64,000 bases of DNA from Pedobacter sp. (lineage in GTDB: Bacteria > Desulfobacterota > Desulfuromonadia > Desulfuromonadales > Syntrophotaleaceae), in NCBI GenBank assembly GCA_050253415.1, contig JBFWJC010000002.1:320001-384000 (forward strand), read 5' to 3'. Positions 1-11,161 of this stretch are shown here, piece after piece. A program made the position numbers and the translations under genes. The first letter of the stretch is position 1, and every line of letters starts with the position of its first letter. The notes beneath the pieces are model-generated. The model saw nothing but the letters and a program-made list of their open reading frames with translations, made no database searches and was not told the origin of the DNA.

Positions 1-1938
1 CGTAGTCTTCAGCATTATGGTATCGACCCGAGTCAACCTACTCCGGTGCAGGTCCTTACTGCCTCAGAGTTGCGCGACTACACCCAGCCTATAGAGCGTT
101 TTTTGCGCATCGCCAAAGCCGGGGTTCAGTACCTGCATCGCCAGGTGGCGGACTTGGGTTATGCGACCCTGCTGTGTGATGCGAACGGTGTTACAGTAGA
201 CTGGCGGGGAGATGAGCGTTTTTCCCGACAGTGGAAGGATACGGGTCTTTTCCTCGGAGCGGTGTGGAACGAGCATCAGGAGGGAACCTGCGGGGTCGGC
301 ACCGCGCTTGTGGAGCAGGTGCCACTGACGGTTCACAAGGGTGACCATTTCCGGGCCAAAAACGCCAATCTGACATGCTCCTGCGCTCCGATTATCGGTC
401 CAGGCGGTAAAGCCATGGGCCTTATCGATGTCTCAGCCCTGCATTCTCCCGATTCCAAAGACAGTCAGCATCTTGCCTTGCAACTTGTCATGCAGTCCGC
501 GCGCATGATCGAGTCGGCTTATTTCCTCAGTCAGTTCGAAGATCAGTGGGTATTGAGGTTGAGTTCCGAGCGGGAGTTGGCCGAGGTTTCGAGCGAGTTT
601 CTTATCGCCATAGATGGCGCAGGAAAAATTCTGGCCGTGGACCGTATCGCGCGCCGCCTTCTTGGGCGTGAGGCGGGTGGCGGTAACCTGGTCGGGCGTG
701 CGGTCGGTGAAGTTTTTGATCTCGATTTTGAAAAGTTACTGGATATCTCCTCCCGCTCCAGCCTGGTACTGCCCATTCGTACCCAGCGAGCCGGAATTCA
801 GATGTTTGCGTCCCTGCGTTCTCCTCAGGCCATTTCCATCAAACCTGTCAGCCGTGTCGCCGAAGCTGCTCCTCAGAAGAGACGAATCCCGCGTCCCGGC
901 GAGCCCTTGAGTCTCGATTATCTGGCAGGCTCGGATCGCCAACTTAAAGAAAGCGTGGAGCGCATCAAGCGCGTCATGAATAAGCCCATACCGGTTCTTC
1001 TGAATGGTGAGACCGGAACCGGCAAGGAAATGTTTGCTCAGGCGATCCATAATGCCAGTCGACGCGCGGACAAGCCGTTTGTGGCGGTAAACTGCGCCGC
1101 GATCCCCGAATCCCTGATAGAGAGCGAACTTTTCGGCTATAAAGACGGCGCTTTTACCGGTGCACGCAGCAAGGGGATGCGGGGCAAGATCCTGCAATCG
1201 GATGGAGGTACCCTGTTCCTGGACGAAATCGGGGACATGCCAGCAAGCCTGCAGCCACGGTTGTTGCGGGTTCTGGCGGAGCGCGAGGTTACTCCGCTTG
1301 GAGGCGAGACGCCGATTCCTGTAGATCTGCACGTGATCTGCGCCACTCACCGGAATATCCTGGATATGGTGGCCAGCGGGGAATTCCGGGAAGATCTCTA
1401 CTATCGCCTCAATGGCATTTCCTTTGAGTTGCCGCCGTTGCGGCAGCGCTCGGATATCGCCCGCCTGATCAATGATGTGTTGATCATCGAGGCGGAAACC
1501 AGTCCCGATAAGTTGCACATTGATGACTGTGCCATGCAGGTTCTTACCGAATTCGCCTGGCCTGGCAATATCCGGCAACTGCGCAATGCATTGCGTTATG
1601 CTTTGGCGGTTTGTGACAATGGTGTCATTACCTGTGACGATCTGCCGGTCGATGTCGCGGGAGGTCAGCAACCGTCACGGCGTGTGGCGGCGGCCCTTCC
1701 CGGACCGCTTGAAACCGTGTTGCCGGACCCCCCCGCTGAGACGGAAGGCTCATCCTGTATCCAGGATGTTGTTGCCGGACTCAACGGTATGGAACAGGCC
1801 GAGCGCCAGGTCATCCTCGATTCGCTTAAAAAGCATAAGTGGCAGGTTGCCAGGGCAGTAAAGGAAGTAGGAATAAGCCGGGCCACCATGTATCGAAAAA
1901 TGGAAAAATACGGCATCATTCCACCCAATAAGCGCTGA
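1..1938 (+). CDS. acoR: Sigma-54-dependent GAF-AAA+-HTH activator, AcoR type (5' end outside the window)
   Basis: Frame is open from base 1 through the 46..1938 ORF. GAF-like N-terminus (GTCGVGTALVE), Walker [29 protein letters not shown] and a C-terminal Fis HTH (GISRATMYRKM). Adjacent to aco genes. Confidence 0.9.
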   Translation, partial: RSLQHYGIDPSQPTPVQVLTASELRDYTQPIERFLRIAKAGVQYLHRQVADLGYATLLCDANGVTVDWRGDERFSRQWKDTGLFLGAVWNEHQEGTCGVGTALVEQVPLTVHKGDHFRAKNANLTCSCAPIIGPGGKAMGLIDVSALHSPDSKDSQHLALQLVMQSARMIESAYFLSQFEDQWVLRLSSERELAEVSSEFLIAIDGAGKILAVDRIARRLLGREAGGGNLVGRAVGEVFDLDFEKLLDISSRSSLVLPIRTQRAGIQMFASLRSPQAISIKPVSRVAEAAPQKRRIPRPGEPLSLDYLAGSDRQLKESVERIKRVMNKPIPVLLNGETGTGKEMFAQAIHNASRRADKPFVAVNCAAIPESLIESELFGYKDGAFTGARSKGMRGKILQSDGGTLFLDEIGDMPASLQPRLLRVLAEREVTPLGGETPIPVDLHVICATHRNILDMVASGEFREDLYYRLNGISFELPPLRQRSDIARLINDVLIIEAETSPDKLHIDDCAMQVLTEFAWPGNIRQLRNALRYALAVCDNGVITCDDLPVDVAGGQQPSRRVAAALPGPLETVLPDPPAETEGSSCIQDVVAGLNGMEQAERQVILDSLKKHKWQVARAVKEVGISRATMYRKMEKYGIIPPNKR

Positions 1939-2076
1939 ATTCATTCCTGGTCTGTCGTTGGCGCTGGCCACTAACAGAACACCTTTTGCTCTGGATCCTG
2001 TCGTGCCCGTCGTTGCCATAGGCAACGCTCTCCTGCACTTATGGGCTCGGACTCTGAACCATTAATTCATAATCAT

Positions 2077-2113
2077 ATGGCTGTCTCGGCATGATGCCGG
2101 ACAGCCATTTTTA
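2077..2113 (+). terminator. Probable intrinsic terminator after acoR
   Basis: ATGGCTGTCTCGGCAT-G-ATGCCGGACAGCCAT stem followed by a T-run. Confidence 0.55.
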
Positions 2114-2181
2114 TTGGAGGAGGATGCGGTATGTTTCAGTCCGGTCTCTTCCATGGTGTTTATGGTTGTCTCGGGCAGGAG

Positions 2182-2223
2182 GACAGGTGTGTCCGCAAGA
2201 GAGTGAGACAGGTGTCTCAAAAT
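2182..2223. promoter_or_regulatory. Putative AcoR enhancer (UAS)
   Basis: Palindrome TGAGACA-GG-TGTCTCA (2204-2219) followed by AAAT, with GACAGGTGT about 20 bp upstream. Lies about 150 bp upstream of a sigma-54 promoter. A similar arrangement occurs at 8608-8647. Confidence 0.6.
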
Positions 2224-2356
2224 GAAAATTGTTTTGAATTCGAACAAGTTCGGCGCTGTTCGAACGCCCCGGGGTAATAGGGGAGGGAATGACAGAAGTG
2301 CCCACTGGGGGCCTGTCAGCAGCTAAAACGATGTTTCGGCAACAAGAGTAAAAGCT

Positions 2357-2373
2357 TTGGCCTGGAATTTGCG
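2357..2373 (+). promoter_or_regulatory. Sigma-54 (-24/-12) promoter of the thiC operon
   Basis: TTGGCCTGGAATTTGCG fits GG-N10-GC. Confidence 0.7.
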
Positions 2374-2408
2374 CATTGCATATTGAAAAAAAGATTTGCA
2401 AGTAATAA

Positions 2409-4298
<1,890 letters not shown>

Positions 4299-4308
4299 CG
4301 GAGGAGTC

Positions 4309-4512
4309 ATGTCTCAATTGACGGTGAATGGCAAACCCCTGGTTTTGGCTCTTCCGGCGACCGTTCTCGACCTGCTGAATCATCTCGATTTCGATTCTGA
4401 AAAGGTTGCCGTGGAGTTGAACGGCGCCATCGTTCCGCAGGGTGATTTCGATGATACGGAACTGAACCGCAGCGATTGCCTCGAGATCGTGCAATTCGTC
4501 GGTGGGGGCTGA
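4309..4512 (+). CDS. thiS: Sulfur carrier protein ThiS
   Basis: 67 aa with [10 protein letters not shown] and C-terminal VQFVGGG. GGAGGAG RBS. Confidence 0.95.
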   Translation: MSQLTVNGKPLVLALPATVLDLLNHLDFDSEKVAVELNGAIVPQGDFDDTELNRSDCLEIVQFVGGG

Positions 4513-4565
4513 ATCCTGCCGTTTGGCCAGCACGTATCTTTTCGCAAACATTAAAGGATATACCC

Positions 4566-5342
4566 ATGGATAATCTCGTCATTGCCGGCCGCAGTTTTTC
4601 CTCCCGCCTGATGGTCGGGACCGGAAAGTTCGCTTCCAACGCCCTGATGGCCGATGCCCTGTCCGCCTCCGGCTCGCAGATCGTCACCGTCGCCTTGCGT
4701 CGCGTCGACATCGAACGGCCCGACGACGACCTGCTGGCCCATATCGACCGCGACAAATACCTGCTGCTGCCCAACACCAGCGGCGCCCGCAACGCCGAAG
4801 AAGCGGTACGCCTGGCACGCCTGGCGCGGGCCGCCGGCTGCGAGCCGTGGGTCAAGCTGGAGGTCACCCCCGATCCCTATTACCTGCTGCCCGATCCCAT
4901 CGAAACCCTCAAGGCCGCCGAGATTCTGGTCAAGGAAGGGTTCGTGGTGCTGCCCTACATCAACGCCGACCCGGTGCTGGCCAAGCACCTGCAGGAAGCC
5001 GGTACCGCCACGGTGATGCCGCTGGGCGCGCCGATCGGTACCAACAAGGGGGTGCGTACCCGCGACAGCATCGCCATCATCATCGAGCAGGCCATCGTGC
5101 CGGTGGTGGTCGACGCCGGTCTGGGCGCGCCGTCCCACGCCGCCGAGGCCATGGAGATGGGGGCCGACGCGGTGCTGGTGAATACCGCCCTGGCCGTCAC
5201 CCCCGATCCAGCCGGCATGGCCCAAGCCTTTCGCCTCGGGGTGGAGGCGGGCCGTCGCGCTTATCTGGCCGGACTGCCTGCGCAACAGCAGCGGGCTGAA
5301 GCCTCCAGCCCCCTGACCGGATTTTTGAGGGACGAAGCGTGA
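4566..5342 (+). CDS. thiG: Thiazole synthase
   Basis: [43 protein letters not shown] at 4566 after AAGGA. Confidence 0.96.
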   Translation: MDNLVIAGRSFSSRLMVGTGKFASNALMADALSASGSQIVTVALRRVDIERPDDDLLAHIDRDKYLLLPNTSGARNAEEAVRLARLARAAGCEPWVKLEVTPDPYYLLPDPIETLKAAEILVKEGFVVLPYINADPVLAKHLQEAGTATVMPLGAPIGTNKGVRTRDSIAIIIEQAIVPVVVDAGLGAPSHAAEAMEMGADAVLVNTALAVTPDPAGMAQAFRLGVEAGRRAYLAGLPAQQQRAEASSPLTGFLRDEA

Positions 5343-6460
5343 ACTTTCTAACCGAATTCAATAGTTTTGATCGTGCCGAGCTGGCCGCGCAGATTGCGGC
5401 CTGTCGGGCCAGCGACGTGGAACAGGCGCTGGTGACGGAGCACCTGCGCAACGCCGATTTCATGGCATTGCTGTCGCCGGCAGCCAGGGACTACCTGGAG
5501 CCGCTGGCGCAAAAAGCCCACCGTTTGACCCAGCAGCGTTTCGGCAAGACCATCCAGCTGTATGCGCCGCTGTATTTCTCCAACGAATGCAGCAACGGCT
5601 GCCTGTACTGCGGCTTCAACGCCACCAACAAGGTACCGCGCCGCACCCTTAGCCTGGACGAAGTCGAAGCCGAGGCCCGTATCCTGCGTCAGCGAGGCTT
5701 TCGCCACGTGCAGCTGTTGACCGGCGAAGCGCGTGGGGTGGACAACGACCTGCTGGTGGCGGTGGTAAAGCGGATTCGTCCGCTGTTTGCCTCCATCAGC
5801 CTGGAAGTCTATCCCATGGACGAAGCCGGCTACCGGCAGATGGTGGCGGCCGGGGTGGACAACCTGACGGTCTACCAGGAAACCTACGACCGTGAACTGT
5901 ACGACAAACTGCATCCCTTCGGGCGCAAAAAGGATTTCGACTGGCGGCTGACCACCCCGGATCGCGGCGGCGCGGCGGGTCTGCGCTCCATCGGCGTCGG
6001 CGCTTTGCTGGGTCTGAGCGACTGGCGCATCGAGGGCTTTATCGTGGGGATGCATGCCCGCCACCTGGCGCGCACCTGGTGGCGCAGCCGCGTGAACGTA
6101 TCGTTTCCGCGCATGCGTCCGGCCGGCGGCGGCTTCGAACCGCTGGCGCCGGTGGCCGACAGCGCGCTGGTGCAGTTGATCTGCGCTTTGCGACTGTTGA
6201 TCCCCGATGCGGGGCTCGTGTTATCGACCCGCGAAAGTGCCGAGCTGCGCGATCATCTGCTGCCACTTGGGATTACCCAGCTCAGCGCCGGCTCCAGCAC
6301 CGCACCTGGGGGGTACGGGCAGGAGGGGGACGGCGGTGAGCAGTTCGCCATCGATGATGACCGCGATGCCGAGCAGGTCTGCGCCATGCTGCGTGCCAAA
6401 GGCTATGAGCCGGTGTGGAAGGACTGGGACGGGGCGTTTCTGGAGCGTAAGGCAGGTTAA
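5339..6460 (+). CDS. thiH: 2-iminoacetate synthase (radical SAM)
   Basis: [19 protein letters not shown] (CxxxCxxC), [33 protein letters not shown] overlap with thiG. Confidence 0.95.
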   Translation: MNFLTEFNSFDRAELAAQIAACRASDVEQALVTEHLRNADFMALLSPAARDYLEPLAQKAHRLTQQRFGKTIQLYAPLYFSNECSNGCLYCGFNATNKVPRRTLSLDEVEAEARILRQRGFRHVQLLTGEARGVDNDLLVAVVKRIRPLFASISLEVYPMDEAGYRQMVAAGVDNLTVYQETYDRELYDKLHPFGRKKDFDWRLTTPDRGGAAGLRSIGVGALLGLSDWRIEGFIVGMHARHLARTWWRSRVNVSFPRMRPAGGGFEPLAPVADSALVQLICALRLLIPDAGLVLSTRESAELRDHLLPLGITQLSAGSSTAPGGYGQEGDGGEQFAIDDDRDAEQVCAMLRAKGYEPVWKDWDGAFLERKAG

Positions 6461-6514
6461 AGACGATATTCTTTATTTGGTTTTTCGACACCATAGGTAA
6501 GGAGATAGCGAATC

Positions 6515-7597
6515 ATGGCCAGCGAGTCCTTTGAAAATGCGACGATAGGTATCATCGCCAATCCTGCTTCCGGGCGAGATATCCGTCGTTTGGTAAGCGC
6601 CGCTTCCGGTTTCTCCATTGCCGAAAAAGCCAATATCGTTCGCAGGTTGTGCCTTGGTATGCGCGCTATAGGCGTCGAAAAGGTCTGCATGATGCCCGAC
6701 TTTTCCGGGATCGCAGGCAGTGTGTTGCGCAGTAAGGAACAGGGCACTCTGGTACTCGATGAGCATTGGCCTGAAATCGAATTGCTCGAAATTCCCATAC
6801 AAGAAAAAGCCATTGATACGTTGCGCGCTGTCGAGAAGATGGTTGAAATGGGGGTGCGGATCATTATCGTGCTGGGGGGTGACGGTACACACCGGTTGGT
6901 AGCGAATAACTGCGGCAACATCCCCTTGATCGCTTTGTCCACCGGTACCAATAATGCTTTTCCGCATTTTCAGGAGGCAACGGTAGCGGGTATGGCGGCC
7001 GGCCTGGTGGCACGGGGCGCGGTTTCTGTCTGCGAAGCTACTCTCCGTAATAAAGTGCTGCGGGTGGAGATTAACGGCCATTGCCGGGATCTGGCGTTGG
7101 TCGATTTGTGTTTGACCGATGATATGTGGGTCGGCGCACGGGCCATGTGGAAGCCGGAACGCGTCAAGGAGATTTTTGTAACTTATGCCGAATCCGATGC
7201 TATCGGCCTGTCCGCTGTGGCTGGACTGGCCAATCCAATCCCCCGCGACAGCGGCCAAGGGCTTCATCTTACCCTCTGCCCGCCGGGACAGGGCATTCTG
7301 ACCTTGTGCGCACCTATCGCGCCGGGATTGATCGTACCGGTGGGTATATCGGAACTGCGCATCCTTCGTCCGCATGAAAAAACCCCTGTAAGCCTGACAA
7401 CCGGTGTCGTCACCCTGGACGGAGAGCGTGAGTTCGCTTTTCGCGAAGGTGACCAGGTTAATGTCTGGCTCGACCTCGATGGCCCTTTGACCATCGATGT
7501 ACCGCGGGTTCTGCATGTGGCTGCCGAGCGGGGCATCTTTACCTGGCCCTCGCCCTATATCTCTTCAAAAAGTCTTCAACAGGGGGACGTCCAATAG
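6515..7597 (+). CDS. acoX: Acetoin catabolism protein X (NAD-kinase-like fold)
   Basis: GIIANPASGRDIRRL, LGGDGT, STGTNNAFP and LDGERE motifs. Located in the aco cluster. Confidence 0.85.
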   Translation: MASESFENATIGIIANPASGRDIRRLVSAASGFSIAEKANIVRRLCLGMRAIGVEKVCMMPDFSGIAGSVLRSKEQGTLVLDEHWPEIELLEIPIQEKAIDTLRAVEKMVEMGVRIIIVLGGDGTHRLVANNCGNIPLIALSTGTNNAFPHFQEATVAGMAAGLVARGAVSVCEATLRNKVLRVEINGHCRDLALVDLCLTDDMWVGARAMWKPERVKEIFVTYAESDAIGLSAVAGLANPIPRDSGQGLHLTLCPPGQGILTLCAPIAPGLIVPVGISELRILRPHEKTPVSLTTGVVTLDGEREFAFREGDQVNVWLDLDGPLTIDVPRVLHVAAERGIFTWPSPYISSKSLQQGDVQ

Positions 7598-7661
7598 TAC
7601 GGACATGGGGTTGGAGTGCAGGGCATAATCTTTCCCCGATTCCAAATTATCTTAAAAATCC

Positions 7662-7771
7662 TCCCGCACCCGCTCCTTACAGTCGCTCAAGCCACGAAGA
7701 CACGGAGAAAATCGCTTAGGGCTATCTTGGTGGCTTTGTGGCTTGAGTGAGCAACGCGAACGAGTGCGAGA
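7662..7771. repeat. About 110-bp imperfect inverted repeat (REP/MITE-like hairpin)
   Basis: TCCCGCACCCGCTC..CGCTCAAGCCAC arms pair with GTGGCTTGAGTG..GAACGAGTGCGAGA. Confidence 0.65.
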
Positions 7772-7801
7772 ACGGTTCTGTTTTTGAATTTAGAGGCTTA
7801 C

Positions 7802-8434
7802 ATGACACGCAAAGACATCTCCGGACTCTATCTGATCACTGAATCCTTGCCCGACATGATGCAGCGGGTGCGTACCGCTCTGGAAAACGGTGTGAAAATC
7901 GTCCAGTATCGCGATAAATCCGAGGATCGAAAGCAGCGGTTCAACCAGGCCTGTGAGCTGCGGACTATGTGCCGGGATTTTGAAGCCCTGTTTATTGTCA
8001 ACAACGATCCGGAGTTGGCGTTAGCTTGCAGGGCTGACGGCGTGCATCTTGGCCAATCGGATGGCTCCGTGGCCCGCGCCAGGAAACTCCTCGGAACCGG
8101 GTCTCTGATAGGGGTATCGACCCATTGCCTCAAAGAGGCGATGGGGGCTCAGCAGCAAGGGGCCGATTATATCGGTTTCGGCTGTTTGTTTCCTTCGGTC
8201 TCCAAGCAGGATACGGTGGCAACCTCCCTTCAAGAGCTGTCTCGTGTCAGGGCTGCGGTGACCGTGCCCATCGTCGCTATCGGCGGTATTCATCTCGGCA
8301 ATGCTGCTCTGGCCATTCGTGCCGGTGCAGATGCCGTGGCGGTCATTTCCGCTGTCATGCAGGCCGACGACGCTGCAGCTGCGGTTTGCGCGTTGCACCG
8401 ACAGGTACAAGAGGGTCGCTCGAACATTCTTTAG
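7802..8434 (+). CDS. thiE: Thiamine-phosphate synthase
   Basis: GLYLIT, VQYRDK, FIVNND, ADGVHLGQSD, IGVSTH, VAIGGI. ATG at 7802 after GAGG. Confidence 0.94.
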   Translation: MTRKDISGLYLITESLPDMMQRVRTALENGVKIVQYRDKSEDRKQRFNQACELRTMCRDFEALFIVNNDPELALACRADGVHLGQSDGSVARARKLLGTGSLIGVSTHCLKEAMGAQQQGADYIGFGCLFPSVSKQDTVATSLQELSRVRAAVTVPIVAIGGIHLGNAALAIRAGADAVAVISAVMQADDAAAAVCALHRQVQEGRSNIL

Positions 8435-8524
8435 ACCGTTCTTCGCAAGCGCCACGAAAAAATCCAGATCGTTGATTTATTCGGCGACCCCATAGGCTCC
8501 CCTCCCACTTTACCTCGTCTTATC

Positions 8525-8587
8525 TCTCCAGCTCTCAGTTCTCGGCTCCCAGCTCCAAGCTTACAGCTTACAGCTTGCTGTTTGCTG
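8525..8587. repeat. Degenerate heptamer array (CTCCCAG-like units, then CTTACAG x2)
   Basis: ctccag ctctcag ttctcgg ctcccag ctccaag cttacag cttacag cttgctg tttgctg. Same units and order as 27778-27903. Confidence 0.75.
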
Positions 8588-8607
8588 TTTTTCAACCAAG
8601 GTTATGC

Positions 8608-8647
8608 GACAGGTGTTTGTCTTGCCGTAAGACACTTGTTTCAAAAT
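8608..8647. promoter_or_regulatory. Putative AcoR enhancer (UAS) of acoABC
   Basis: GACAGGTGT..TAAGACA-CT-TGTTTCA-AAAT, a close match to 2182-2223. Confidence 0.6.
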
Positions 8648-8814
8648 TATCTATACGCCCTGAAACAAACCCTCTGAAATTTACCGAAAGTCATTTTTTT
8701 TAAGATGTTAGGTATATTTTCAAAAATCCTTTTGGAAAAAAATGGTCGTAAAAACAATGTTTTGCAAAGTTGATTAAGGTGGAGGATATGGTTTGCTGTT
8801 TTTGAAGGTCGTCC

Positions 8815-8831
8815 TTGGCACCTGTTGTGCT
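8815..8831 (+). promoter_or_regulatory. Sigma-54 promoter of acoABC
   Basis: TTGGCACCTGTTGTGCT fits GG-N10-GC, with an AT-rich (IHF-compatible) stretch upstream. Confidence 0.75.
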
Positions 8832-9019
8832 CTAACACATAGCCGTGAGACCAAGCGCGACCGTACCATGAACCTGTATTTTGCCGGCCGCAGTTTTTTT
8901 TAGGCGTACCCCTTCCTGTTTAGGTGGGGGCAGGCTGAAGTTGACAAGGTCAGGTTGAAGGACGGTCAATTGTTACTCTATCGTCTTATGTACCACCTAA
9001 TGGAAGAAGGGAGAAACAA

Positions 9020-10000
9020 ATGAAGGCACAACTGTCGAAAGAGGATCTTCTCAAGGCTTATCGTAAGATGCGGGAGATTCGTGAGTTTGAAGATCGCGTT
9101 CATGTTGAGTTCGCGAAGGGAACCCTTCCCGGTTTCGTGCATCTTTACTCCGGTGAAGAAGCAGTAGCCGTCGGTGTTTGTGAACATCTCAACGATCTGG
9201 ACCGCATTGCCAGTACGCACCGTGGCCACGGCCATTGCATTGCCAAGGGCGTTGAGCTTGAGGGCATGATGGCTGAGATTTACGGCAAGAAAACCGGTAC
9301 CTGTGGTGGTAAAGGCGGTTCCATGCATATCGCCGACCTCGACAAGGGCATGATGGGCGCTAACGGTATCGTCGGTGCCGGTCCCCCGCTGATCGCCGGT
9401 GCCGCTCTGGCTTCCAAACTGCGCAAAGACGGCAGCGTCGGCGTGGTCTTCTTCGGCGATGGCGCTTCCAACCAGGGCACCAACTTCGAATCGATGAACT
9501 TCGCCGTGACCCTCGACCTGCCGATGATTTTCGTGCTGGAGAACAATGGTTACGCCGAGTCGACTTCTCCCAAGTACTCCGCCAAGGTCGGTTCCGACAA
9601 CATCGCCGACCGTGCCCGCGGTTTCGGCATGCCTGCGGTGACCGTTGACGGCAACGATTTCTTCGCCGTTTACGAAGCCGCCGGTGAAGCCATTGAGCGC
9701 GCCCGCAAAGGCGGCGGCCCGACCTTTATCGAATGCAAGACCATGCGTTATTTCGGTCACTTCGAAGGTGATGCCCAGACCTACCGTCCCAAGGACGAAG
9801 TTAAGGGCGCCCGTGCAAACGATTGCCCCCTCAAGCGCTTTGCTGCTGCCGTGACCTCCGCCGGTCTGGTGGAAGCCGCCGAACTCGAGGCCATCGACAA
9901 GGACGTTCTGGCTCAGGTCGAGAAGGCCGTCAAGGATGCCGAGGCTGCTCCTCAGCCTGACCTGAGCGCGTTGATGGAAGATGTATACGTCTCTTACTGA
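9020..10000 (+). CDS. acoA: Acetoin dehydrogenase E1 alpha (TPP-dependent)
   Basis: LPGFVHLYSGEEA, STHRGHGHCIAKG, GKGGSMH, TPP motif GDGASNQG..ENN, GHFEGD. Confidence 0.95.
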   Translation: MKAQLSKEDLLKAYRKMREIREFEDRVHVEFAKGTLPGFVHLYSGEEAVAVGVCEHLNDLDRIASTHRGHGHCIAKGVELEGMMAEIYGKKTGTCGGKGGSMHIADLDKGMMGANGIVGAGPPLIAGAALASKLRKDGSVGVVFFGDGASNQGTNFESMNFAVTLDLPMIFVLENNGYAESTSPKYSAKVGSDNIADRARGFGMPAVTVDGNDFFAVYEAAGEAIERARKGGGPTFIECKTMRYFGHFEGDAQTYRPKDEVKGARANDCPLKRFAAAVTSAGLVEAAELEAIDKDVLAQVEKAVKDAEAAPQPDLSALMEDVYVSY

Positions 10001-10041
10001 GCCCTTTTTGACGATTTACAGGTATAGAAAGGAATAAAACG

Positions 10042-11082
10042 ATGGCCAGAAAGATAATGTTCAAGGACGCAATCAACGAAGCGATGCGTTTGGAAATGGA
10101 GCGTGACCAGTCCGTCATCCTCCTGGGTCTGGATGTTGCCGGTGCCGCTGGTACCGACCAGCCCCGCGATGCCTGGGGCGGCGTTCTCGGCGTCAGCAAG
10201 GGGCTTTATCCGCTGTTCCCCGACCGTGTTATCGATACTCCGATTTCCGAGTCCGCCTATATCGGTGCCGCAGTCGGCGCTTCGGCTTGCGGCATGCGTG
10301 CCATCGGCGAACTGATGTTCTCCGACTTCATGGGTGTTTGCTTTGACCAGCTGTACAACCAGGCCGCCAAGTTCCGTTACATGTTCGGTGGCAAGGCTGT
10401 TACTCCGGTAACCATCCGCACCATGATCGGCGCCGGTTTCAGTGCTGCTGCTCAGCATTCCCAGAGCCCCTACTCGATGTTCGCTCATGTGCCGGGTATG
10501 AAGTGCATCATTCCTTCCAATCCTTATGATGCCAAGGGGCTGCTGGCTGCCTCCATCGCTGACGACGACCCCTGTGTGTTCTTTGAGCACAAGGCCCTTT
10601 ACACCATGAAGGGTGAAGTTCCGGAAGAGCACTACACCATTCCTCTGGGTAAGGCGAATGTCGTTCAAGAAGGTAAGGACGTTACCATCGTCGCTCTGGC
10701 CCGCATGGTTCAGTTCGCCGAAAAAGCTGCCAAGAAGCTTGCCAAAGACGGTATCGAATGCACCATCATCGACCCCCGTACCATTTCGCCGATGGATTGG
10801 AACGCCATCTACTCCAGCGTCGAGAAAACCGGTCGCCTGGTGGTTGTTGACGAGAGCTACGACCTTTGCGGTGTTGCTTCCGATGTTTGTGGCCACGTGG
10901 CCCAGAATGTGTTCGGCGCTTTGAAAGCAGCTCCCCAGATGGTGACGGCTCCTTTCGTTCCCACACCTTTTGCATCAAATCTTGAGGCTGCGTATCTCCC
11001 TGATGCCAACAAGATTGAAGCGGCTGTGCGTAAAACCATGGGCGTCTCCAGCCCCGTGAAGATGCAAGCTGCGGTAAATTGA
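10042..11082 (+). CDS. acoB: Acetoin dehydrogenase E1 beta
   Basis: DAWGGVLGV, DTPISE, NQAAKFRYMFGGK, AAQHSQS, FFEHK. Confidence 0.95.
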   Translation: MARKIMFKDAINEAMRLEMERDQSVILLGLDVAGAAGTDQPRDAWGGVLGVSKGLYPLFPDRVIDTPISESAYIGAAVGASACGMRAIGELMFSDFMGVCFDQLYNQAAKFRYMFGGKAVTPVTIRTMIGAGFSAAAQHSQSPYSMFAHVPGMKCIIPSNPYDAKGLLAASIADDDPCVFFEHKALYTMKGEVPEEHYTIPLGKANVVQEGKDVTIVALARMVQFAEKAAKKLAKDGIECTIIDPRTISPMDWNAIYSSVEKTGRLVVVDESYDLCGVASDVCGHVAQNVFGALKAAPQMVTAPFVPTPFASNLEAAYLPDANKIEAAVRKTMGVSSPVKMQAAVN

Positions 11083-11161
11083 ACCCTTGGGGGCTGTCGG
11101 GCCCGGGAGTGATTCTACTGCGAACCCGACAGCCTTCTTGTAAAACCTTGGAGTTAACGCC

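Noticed and set aside
8846..8905. TPP-riboswitch-like words (TGAGA, GAACCTG) in the acoA leader
   Set aside because: There is no room for the P1-P3 5' strands after the predicted TSS, and the P5 stem-loop is missing, so it cannot form the aptamer.
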